A stretch of 55,106 nt of DNA from an uncultured Christensenella sp. (GTDB lineage: Bacteria; Bacillota; Clostridia; Christensenellales; UBA1242): NCBI GenBank assembly GCA_964367785.1, contig CAYIZE010000001.1, forward strand, positions 1 to 55,106, read 5' to 3'. Of this stretch, positions 28,401-40,400 are shown one piece after another (the stretch's first letter is position 1; each line of letters opens with the position of its first letter). Below the pieces are notes generated by a model. It saw nothing but the letters and a program-made list of their open reading frames with translations. It ran no database searches and was not told the DNA's origin. A program made the translations under genes and the position numbers.

Positions 28401-31400
28401 ATGCCGAGCCTCTTAGGTAATAGTTCCTCATATATATGCTTTGCGTATCATCTGTTTCGTCCAAGTAGCCAGTATATATATAATCGTCCACTGCAACAAT
28501 AGCCCCAAGTGCATTCTTCGATTCATTAATAGATTGAACGCTTATCTTTCCAATGTTTAAACAATTTGAAATGTTCAAATAATTAATTTCGACCGCACTA
28601 ATTGCTTTGCCAGCAATTCCACCGACAAAGATATTACTTGTGCTATCAGCAGTTATATCACCCGAATTGTAGCAGTTCAGTATTGAGAGAGATGTGTCAA
28701 GATTTATAAGCCCGACGACACCAGCAATAGTCATATATGTGCTTGAATCAGAAGACGAAAGATTGATGTTATCCATACTATATGACTCAGAAACACTGCT
28801 AGAAGTCTTTGCAACAACTCCCGCCACCGCAATTTCTGCCAAAGTTGCCCGTCTACAATTAAAGTCAATCTGCCCTGCGCCACTTGCAAGAGTTAATTCT
28901 TTTGAAGAATAGCCAACAACGCCACCCACATAGCAATATGCACTAGAAATGGTTTCGTCTTTACAGGAATTTTCATATGAAATTGTGAAAGTGGAATCAT
29001 TTTTAAAGTTTGAAATACTTGTTACGCTTGATGTATCCTCAACGATATAGCCTGTGACTCCTCCCACATAAACTTTGTGTGCGTTAGTTGTGAGAATAAT
29101 GTTTCCATAATTTGCATTCTCTCCACCAAATGAGGTGAAACTTGACATTCCAACAAGACCACCCACAAACACAGAAACCTTGTTTGAACTTAGTGCTGTG
29201 TAGTTATTTAATTTGTTATTTAACAATAATTTTCCATAATTTTTATTGTTTGTAAACGTTGACAATTTCAAGATTTTTCCATCTAAAATATCCTGTACAG
29301 TCAAAACGTTAAGTTTGCCAACAATTCCGCCCATATAAAGTTCTGGGTCTGAACTAGTTCTTGTGTTAACAACTTTCACTTCACCATAGTTTTTGCAATT
29401 TATAAATGAGGACTCTTCAACACCTTCAAGAGAATAATTCACGCCAACAATTCCGCCTGCATTTTCCGTTGCAACGATTGTGTTTCTGTTTTCAACATTT
29501 GAAATGATGCTGTTTGTTGCAATTCCTGCCACACCACCAGTATTCACACCATAGAACTCACCACCAATGACGATGAAATTTTGAAGAGAGGCATTTTCCA
29601 CTTTTCCAAAGAGTCCTGCATATGTTGGAAGAGTGTTTGACAAAGTATTTGTAGAAGAATAGAGTGAATTTTCATTCACAGAAGCATATTTTATGGAGAA
29701 AAGTGAAGTTGTATTTATTCCTTTGAAAGTTCCTTTAAAAGGTGTTTCATCTGTGCCAATAGGCACCCAATATTTTCCGCTTAAGTCAATATCTTTTAAG
29801 AGACGAACTTCTACCCCATCATAATTTTGCCCCAAGACGTTGACACTATATGCCAAAGCCGCCAAATCTTCGGCAGAATCAATATCTGTAATCGTCTGAT
29901 TGCCTCCAACAAATGGAGTTATGAAACTGCTCCAAACATATATGTCAGCAAGTTCCTCGTTTGTTGGGAATTTTGAATTTACGGAATATGTTAATGAGAA
30001 GAAATTGTTGTCAAAACTCCAATAGCCATTTTCAAAAGCGTGATAAATAACTTTTTTAGAAGACACATTTAAGGAATATGTCGTTGTTACATTGATTGTT
30101 GTGCTTGATAAATTCACAAACACATCAAAAGCAGTGGAAGATGCTGGGGCAACATTTTCACACAAATAGTTCAGTGTCACATTTTCGGCATAGAACCATT
30201 TTGTTGAACCAGTCATATATGATTTGATTATAAAAGATAAACTTGTGATTATTCTGCCATCAGGCAATGTTAAATTTACATTAGAATACTTATATTCTAT
30301 GCTTGTGAAAGTGTCTTCAAGTTCAAGGCTTTCGTCCACATCTCCCAAAATCGCAGTGTCAAGAGGAATTGTGATGCCATTAACTGAGATTGAAGTTTGA
30401 GTCTTGAAATCTAAAAGCGTGTTGAATGAATAGCCATCAGCACCCTTTTGGCTTGTTGGGTCTATTCCAAAGAAAACTATATTATTATTTTCTGTTAAAT
30501 AATTTGTTGAATATTGAAAATTATCTATGACAGGAGTGGAAACATAATAGAACATTTCATTAGCATTTCCCTGAATTATCGAATTATATGAGTCTTCTGT
30601 TCCAATGGAAACATATGTGTCACTTCCCTCGGCATCAGTTATTTTTTGATAAAATTTTCCAAAATGATTTTTATACCACGAGTAAGTTCTATCCAAAGTT
30701 GTTGCCGTCCACGTTCCGTCTATTTCTTTGAAAAACTGACCGTCATTTGTTATACTTGTTGGACTTGAAGATGTTACTGAGTAAACATATTCCATATAGA
30801 CATCACCCTCTGTGGAAGTGCCTGCTAATGTGTTTGTTTCCATCTTAATTCTATAATATGTGCTGGATAAATTAACTTCATTATAAAAAGATGAGGTTGC
30901 ATAAGGATAGACACTTTGATTTCCATTTTCATCAGTTAAAGTTATTGGGTCAACTGTTATAACTGAGTTGTATGAATCTATAGTTTTTGAAGTGTAAATT
31001 GGTTTTATATATTTATTCACGCTTGTTGTGTTTGTTTTATAAAGTGTGTTTGAATAAAAACTTTGAGATGAAAATTCAACAAATTCATTCATTCTGGCAA
31101 CGACATCAGTGCCAACAAATGCACAAGAAACTAAGCCTATAAATCCGCCGACACTTCCAACTTTTTTCAAAATTGAATCATAATAATCATAGTCCATAAA
31201 CAGCCAGTTTGTTGCCGAAACACAATTTTTAATCACAGTTACTTTTTCATTTTCTTCCACCGTTGAATTTGCAATAAAATCTGCATAAGTTTGTTTTGTT
31301 GTTTCAGTTGCAAGATATTGCACTTTAATGATAGCGTTTGCATTATATCCGCCCTCATTCACAATCGTGTAGACATCATTTATCGTGCCAATGAGTCCAC

Positions 31401-34400
31401 CCATAATGCTTTTTGCCACGACAGAGCCTCCTGTCACGACATAATCCAGCGTTCCTTCAAGCATTCTTCCAACAGCGCCACCTGCGATTGTGGCACGTTT
31501 ATTTCTCACATTAATTGAACAAATACTATTACTTATCGTTCCACCATTATTTATGCCGACAAGTCCGCCAACTGCAATGGTGACATAACGAGAACTATTA
31601 TAGAAAAAGTTATATTCTGTATTGAAAGAATAGCCGACATATACTGTGGTATTATCTTCCTCTTCATAATTTATGGAAGAACTAATGATTGTCCCTCTAT
31701 TTTCCCCCACTAGTCCACCTGCATAGGAGACTGCTTTTATGTAAGAAGATTGGGCATAAGTTACAGTGGTGTTCACATAGTTAACAATGGCATTTTGTCC
31801 CACGAGTCCAAAGGCAGAGCCAACAATGCTTCCTATGTAGGAATTTCTTCCAAGAACAATAATATTTGTTGCATTATAATTCTTTTGAGTGGAATCATCG
31901 ACAACAGCTGCAACATCAAAAATCCCCACAACTCCACCAGAATATGAAACATAATCAACTTCTTCATCAGTTGTGTAGAGTATTTCATCAGTTAGAGTGT
32001 TTGAAATCTCAAACGTTGCATTCACACTCACATCACAAGTGATATCTTTGATTATAACTCTTCCTGTGGCAATGCCAGCCAATCCGCCCACAGCATTTTT
32101 TCCATAAATATATGAGGAGTTGTTGCCTATTCCGCTGATTTTAATATTATTCAAGAAAATCTTTTGATTAGAATTTTGACTCTCAACAACTGTTTGTTCA
32201 CCCGTTGTTTCATCTGTGACTGTATATGTGCTAGGTCCAATCCTGCCTGCCAAAGCACCCACAAATTTGTGTGCATTTGACAAGACTTGATCCACTTGTA
32301 GATTAAAGTTTGAAATGACAGTGTCAAAAGTTTCGTTACTGTTTAATTTATCGTCTGCCACTGTGGTTATCGAAGCAAATAGTCCAAAACTATCAACGTC
32401 AAATCCCTCCACAATGTTGCTGTTTAGATATGAAAGCGAGATGTTTAAAACAGTCATATAATTTCCTTGCAAAACGCCTTGAAATGAGGAATGAACTGTG
32501 GAGACAAAACTACTATTCAAATCAATGTCTTTTAAAATCCTATAAAATTTTTGAGAGGTATTTTTATTTAAAAGACTGTTAAAAGTGTTGTAATCATAAA
32601 TCAAATATGGGTTCGTGCGTGTGCCTTGGACATCTGACACTCCTGAAACATTTCCAGTGTAACTATAACTTGCATTTTCAAGAACTTTATATGTAATCTC
32701 AATAATTTCACCATTCTCATTATAATCTATGACAATTGTGTCGTTTGCACGGAAATTATCGTCGCTTGTGATACTTTCCTCACTTTCGGTTTCGACATCA
32801 AGAACTTGAATTTCCTCGTCGCCGGTTTCTGCGGAAATGAGTGTCGCATTTTCAATTCCCTGCGTTATATCATAGTATATCGTCATCTTTTCAAGGTCGC
32901 CTCTTTCTGCGAACTCATAGGTCAAAGTTTTTAAAGCATTATCAATCGTTATGGAATAAATTTCATACGTGGTTAGGTTTAAAACGTCCACTCCATAATA
33001 TGTTGTTTTTGTTTTATTGCTTGATATATTTTCAGTCGTTCCTGCATTAATTGTTTGGTTTGTGACATCGAAATAATTATATATAGAAGAATAATTTTTA
33101 GTTTTTCCAATATAATCACACATACTCACTGTGTTTATTAGCGTTGAAACAATGACAGGTTTACCTTCAATGATAACCCAAGTGTAGCCGTCGACAAAAT
33201 TATAGGTGTGTAAATTTGATGCAGTGGAGTCGACATAATTTGAAGTTGAATAGACAAGTGATAAATCGTAATTTGTGAAACTGGTGTGTGTGGCAAAATT
33301 ATCAAAACTTAACCCCACCGCTTTTTTATTGTCTGGTGTGTCAGACAATTTATTGCTATCTTCAATATAAAATCCTGTTTCTCTCCATGTTTCTGAACTT
33401 GTAAGATAGAAGCAATTATTGAGTGTTCCTTTCACTTCAATCCTTGGCTCAAACGACGAGGAAAGTGGCCCTGCAAATGGGAATGCCGTGGTGTTGTTAT
33501 CGTTTGGATTTTTATAACTTATTGAATAGCATCTTGAAATGACGCTACTCGCAAGGTCAACATAGAAAAATCCTGCCATAGAACTAGAAGAAGATGTTTT
33601 TATGTTTGAATAACAATCACTGATAGTTCCGCTGTTAGTGTAGATAAATCCACCAATGTCTCCGCCATAGGAAGCAAGTCCATTGCCAGTGTTTCTTATA
33701 TCTCTGTCAGAATCACTTCTAACACCCTGCGAATAGCATTCGTAAATGCTCCCCAAAGAGGAGTTTGAATAAGCGAAGCCCCCCATATTATCGCTCGACA
33801 AGTTGCCTACTGAACTTTCATCAAAAGAAGATGCAACAATTTTTCCTGAATTATTACACACAAATCCACCTGTCTGCCCATAGCAAATAAGAGAGAAATT
33901 CTCAACCTTTGAATTTGTGATATATCCCGTGGAAGAATTTGTGGCGACAAGTCCGCCATTTTTCTCTGTTTCAACAGAAGTTGAGTCGTCGCTTGTCGAA
34001 TCAATATCCAAATCGATACTAATTCCTCCCGTCACTTTGCAATTTGACAAAACTCCGTTATTAACACAAGTTATTCCTCCAAAGACAACCGTTTGGGTTT
34101 GATAGAAATTAATTTGAAGTGGGACTGAACTTGGAATAAGTTCACCCTCAACTACTTGAACTTTGTTTGTGTATAAGACGGTGGTGTTTATGATTATAGT
34201 ATCTTTTGAAACTTCACTAAACAAACCTAAGTTACACGCCTGCGTGGTGTTGCTTGAATAACTAAAACTTGAAATATATATGGTGTGGTTATTTCCGTCA
34301 AAAGAGGAGAAATTTGCAGAAAAAGGTGTGTAATTTGAAAGTTCAATGTCACTAACAAGTCGGTAATCATATCCCTCTTGCATATTCATAAAATCTTCTG

Positions 34401-37400
34401 AATTTGAGATTGGAATATAATTGATAAGTTCTGTTTTAAACACAAAAATCAAATTAAAATCATCAATAAAACTAAATGTGTGTTTATAGTTTGATGAAAT
34501 TTCACTATTATAATTCTCAACGTTTGGCATTCCTGTTCCAACTGAGGCTGGTCCATAATAAGAGAGTTTGACATTATATCTTAAAGAGGAAGATTTATTT
34601 ATTCTCAGCCCAACCAATGCAAAGAATTCTTTATAATTCTCCACACGGAAAATATCATCGTTATATGTTGTGTTTGCTGTTAAGTTTGTCTGAATGTCAC
34701 TTTCCGAAACATATGAGAATACACCTGAAATTAATGATGAAGATGGGTTATATTTTGCTTGTGCAATTTTTTCTTTTAATTTTGTTATATAATTTTGGAA
34801 AAGTTCTTCAACATCATAACCCGACGCAACAATGTTTTGATAGAGTTTGTCGGAAGAATTGTCTCCATTATTTTCATACCACGATGTATACCAGTTGTTA
34901 GAACTTGAAGTGATTGCACTATCATAACTTGCCTCAACATTCACTTGAAGTGGTGTTGTTGTAGAAGTTTGCAAGGTTAAAGTGCCATCGGTGACATCTT
35001 GCACTTCAATATTAGTCACAGTAAACAAAGTTATAACAAAGTTTAAAGTGTAGTTGTAGATATTCTGTCCGTCATCAACCTGTGCTGTAAGAATAAATTC
35101 ATTACCAATTATATATGGGTCATGCACATCTTCGCTATCACTATTATATCTTAAAGTCGTCAAGTAATATTTACCATTTTGAAGCACAGGCATAAGGATC
35201 TCTTCCACATCAGGAGTAAAGACATAATTTGTCACACTCTCAATCTGCCAATTTACTTTGCCAGAAAAGTTGACTAAATTAACATCAAGTTCATTTAAAG
35301 TGTTATATGGTAAATAGTATTTTCCGTCAGTTCCCTTCAAACTTTCGTCGAAAGAAAGAGATATAACAGGCTGAGCAAGTGTTATTATAGAAATTTCATT
35401 TGTGCTGATAACTTCTTTGTTAGAATTTAGCACTTTCACAGTCACAACAAACTGCGAGCCATTGGTTGTTCCACTGCCCACTATCAAAGAAAAGAAATAT
35501 GATTTACTATATGAATATTTATTATCTGTGTTTATCTTATAGGTGTCTTGCCCACTTATTTTCTGCACAATAAGAGAGCCGTCGTTTTGAATTACTGCTC
35601 CTGAATCTTCATAAGAACTCCATTTGACGCCAGATGAAGCCGATGCATCATAACTTATTTGCATAATTGAAAGCGAGGAAGAAGAAGTTGTGGCATAGGA
35701 TATTTGAAGAGTGTTAAATTTTGCAAAATATGGGTATACTTCCACAGAAAGCAATCCTGTTTCACCATTATATATAACATTATTCTTGTTTGACTCTTGT
35801 GGGAAATTGTCTAATTCATCATAGATAGACAAACCAACACTATCCAAAGCAGAAAAACTTGTTATAGTGAGGTTAAGAGTTTTTGTGAGAGATGAATTTG
35901 AAGATGCAAAGAAGACGAGGTTAAAATTGATATTGCCGTCGATTGCATTAGTTTTGTCTTTATACCAAATTGTATAGGTCATTGAAATGCTTTCCACAAT
36001 CCCTGTATCTTGGTCGTATGTGTATGTGTATCCACCGATTGTTGAACCAAAATTCCCATTTTCCTGTTCAATTTGGTCAAAATTATCAATAATGACGTCA
36101 TCGCTATAATCAGTGAAAATTGTCACATCAATAACTGCCACTTGTAATTGATTCATTTCAATCTTGCTTATATTGTTTTCAAACACCAAACTTGTCGCAC
36201 CCTTGACAATGGAAAGAGTGAAATTGCCAGAATATTCATTAAAGAAAATTGTTGAAATTGCTGAATCAAATGTTGGGGTGATGTATGGATAAAATGATAT
36301 ATTCAAACTTTTATTCTCTTGCATTGCTTCAAGAGGCATAATCAAAAAGAGACCATTTGGATTAATGTCGACATAATAAATATGTTCCTCTTGATCATAT
36401 CTCCAACTATTATTCCCAATTTGAAAAATACTGTTAATAGAATTTGTTTGATCGGTTGTCTCTCCGATGAGCAACTCTAAGTCAGCCTCTGTCACAACAA
36501 AACGAACACCAATGTCTTGCGTGCTTGTGAGGTTATATATTTCATTTTCTCCCAAAGTAACATCGTAAAAAGTCTCAACATACAAATTTTGACTACTTAA
36601 CGTTAGAAGTTCAATCTCTGCTCCATCAAGCGAGGAAGTGAGTCCAACATTTGCATATATCTCTATGTCTGAAAAGCCAAGAATGACATAGACATAAATT
36701 TCTTTATAAAAATTGGAATTTAACTTTGAACTCAGAATAATCTTTGCACTACCCTCTCCCACAATAGTCATCAAACCATTATCGTCAAAAGTCACAACTT
36801 TTCCATTGTTTGAATAAACCTGAATTCTTGAAGTTTTACTTGTTTGAGGATAGACAATAATGTCCATCAAATCATTAATATTAATTTTATTTAAAGAGGC
36901 AATGTCTGCCGATTTATATTTTCCATATTCATCACTATTAAGGAAAATTACAAGAGAATTTTCATCATTCTTTATATATCCATCAAGCGTAATTGAAATG
37001 TTATCTTTCACAATCGCCACAATGTTTATTGAAGACGAGGCAAACATTGCTTGCTGAACACCTGTCCCCTCTTCTAGAATTTGAAGATATGGCAAACCTG
37101 AATTAATGTTATTTGTGTTGTCAATATTCCACATGTCATCATAGTTTTCAGCATTGAATGTTGAAATGATTTCAGCTGGGCTGAGAATTCCGCTCTCAAC
37201 ATTAAGGCAAGTATATTTTGTTGTCAAATTAATGACATTATAAACGCAAGAGTAAGAAAACCCATTCACCAATCCACCAAAACCAAGAGTGAAATCTCCG
37301 CTAGAAATTACATATAATGAGCCTATTGCAAAGGCATTTGTCACAGTGCAATCAATGACTGTTTGCACCACGAAAAGAGAAGCATTCGATTGTGCTTTGA

Positions 37401-40400
37401 TGTTTAAATTTGTTGCACACTCATGAATGTCTGTGTTTTCAAATTCTCCAATTAAGCCTGCCACTTGCTGATTGCCAACAATATCATAGTTGTAATTTTG
37501 GGTAACATTTGTTGTAACAGCCGAGCAATTAAAATAACTGATAAAATAACTATAATTTAAGTTTAAAAATTTGGCATAACCTATCAAACCACCCACAACA
37601 TTGTTTGCAGTCACTAAAGTTCTTGTCGTGTTGTTTGCAGAGTAGTTTTCAGCACTAATATTATACAAATAGACCATAGACTCTGCGCTTTGTCCTTCAA
37701 TTCTTCCAACTGCACCTCCAACATAATCGTTTGCAGTGATGATAATAATGGAATAGGAATTGCTCAAAGAATAGAATGTTTTTTGAACCGTTGTGCCGTT
37801 TTCCTCAACGTCTTTCACCCCGTTATAATTTTCATCATAAGTGAGTTTGCCCACCAAGCCACCAACATTGTCGCAATTTGTGGCGATAATCTTTCCCTGC
37901 ACCGATATGTTTGAAATCTTGCCAGAGTTAAGACCTGCCACACCGCCAATATTTGTTCTAGTCAAGACGTTGCCACTTATGATATTCATAATAAGTGAAG
38001 AGTCAAAGCCAGCGTCGTTAAAAGTGTAATTTAATGTTTGATTTAAACTATATTTTCCACTTAAAATTGAGTAATTCTCACCCACCATTCCACCAATGTT
38101 ATAGTCATAATCATTGCTGGAAAGAGTTATATTTATACTTCCTTTCACTCCTGAAAGATTATTCTCGCTTTGTGTTATTGTGCCAAAGTTTTTACCGACA
38201 ATTCCGCCAAAAGTCAGGGCTTTATTAGCTCCAAAATATACATTTGAAAAACTCACTTTCACATTCTCTATTGTGCCATAATTAACGGCAACAATTCCTC
38301 CAAAAGTGAAAGATTCGATGGACTGTGCAAATGAAGGTTGATAAGAGGAATATTTAACACTCAAATTTTCAATTTTTCCACTTTTCCCAAGTTTTGCAAT
38401 CACGGAAAAAGAGTCTGCAGTCGTGCTTGCAGTATATGTAATGTTTGTTATTCCATAATAAGATTTATTCAGCATTTCATTTTGAATACCTGTAACCACA
38501 TGTTCTCCCGAAAGAGTGCCATGGAAACCTGTTCTATAATATGTCAATGTTTTGTCAAAATCACCCGACAAATCAGCCAAAGTATAGACCCCAAAATTTA
38601 ACAAGTAATAATCATCATCTGCAAGTTCCCCGCTAACATCGGCTTCATAGAAGTTTGACCCGAGAGTCTCAAAATTTCCAGATGAAGAAGCAGAGATGTC
38701 TTTTGTTAATATATAATTTTTTGTGCTTGATTCCTCGTTTGCACAAATTTGTTTTAATTCCTCTAATGTGGAAATATAATAAGCAGTGTCCTCGCCGTTT
38801 GACACTGTAATTTTAAAAACCAAAGTGCCTTGCCAAATCGAAAGAACACTCGAAATGTTAGATTTAATTTTCACAAAATAATCAGCATTTTCATCATATT
38901 CTTCGGCAGAAATATATTCGCCTTCTTCTAAAACATAATACATTCCCTCTTCAAAAGTGTCACTTGAAAGCGAAATGGAAAGATAGGAAAATTCATTACA
39001 TGTTTCATTCTCCGTACTTGAAAGAATTTTGTCTTGTGGAATAACAATGATATAGGCAGTGGAGAGGTCAGAAGAGTTGACATTTATGCTCATTTTATAT
39101 TGTGCCTCAATTCCTGTGCTATTAATTTGGACATTGATAAGCCCATAGCCCTCTTCAGGCAAGACAAGATATTTTGTTCCATTCACTTCTTTTTCGTTTA
39201 AGATTAGATATAAAAGATTTTTATTATAAGAAGTATTTTTCTGCAACTGCAAAGTGATTTCTTTTTCGCTCGTTAATCCCTTTTTAAAATTCAACTCGTA
39301 GTTATTTTCGCTCACACTGTCATAGTTCACTAAAATTGATGATGAAGTGAGCGCCTTTGAAACTGAAATGTTTTTGTCACGAGAAAGGAAATAATCAAGT
39401 TCTTTGATTAATGCGTTCACAACAATAGTCTTTACGGTTGAAAAATCATAGTTTTCATTCAGTTTAAACCAAAAATACCCATTCCACGCAGTGCTTGAAA
39501 GCAGAGTCGCAAAACTTGTTTGAACAGAATAACTACTACTCAAAATGCCTGAAGAAGCATAATATTCGCTGTCTTTAACGCCATTAATTAGGAAAATAAT
39601 TCTTCCGTTTTCTAAAAAGGAATAAGAAGGAGTTCCGCCGTCTTTTGAAAAAGCATTCACCGACACTCCAAAAATACTATCGTCATTTGTTGGGATAGAA
39701 TTTGAGTTTAGTTCCATATCATCAATAGTTTGAATTTTACTTTGATAACTTAGGGTGCTTGGGTCATAAACTGTCGTCACTGGAAGAGAAATTGACATTG
39801 TCTCCACACAAACATAACTTGAAAGAACAAATTCACTTTGCTTCATAACTCCATTTATATTTGTCAGTGTTACAGTTATTGTGTATGTATAATCCATATT
39901 TTGAGTGTTCGAGAAAATAAAAGTTCTGTTTACTAAGTCAATCCTAAACCTGCCCAAATCTTCAATAATAAATTTTTCGTTTATTGAAGTTCCTGTGACA
40001 TTTCCGTTTGCATCTTTTGAATAAGTGCCAATCTGAACTGATAAGTTTGCGTCATTTCTTGTCACAACATATGAGATGGAATATTGACTAACTTTGCTTG
40101 GCAAAATTGTTAAATTAAATGAAATATTTCTATTATTTTTGACGGTTGCGCTTAGTAAGTTGCCATTTGCATCTTGTTCAAATTTCCCGACACCCATTTC
40201 AATAGATGTGTCAGTCAAACCTATCACCATATTTGTGATCGGCTTATAAATGTTCACTTTCAAAACATATTTTTGTGTTAAATTTGAAGCCGTTATCTCA
40301 ATGTAAGTCGAACCAATGCTTTTTGTTGTGATTAAGTATCTGTTGTCCGCTTTTTTCTCGATTGTAAGAATTTTTGTGTTTTGACTTGTTATAATCAAAT

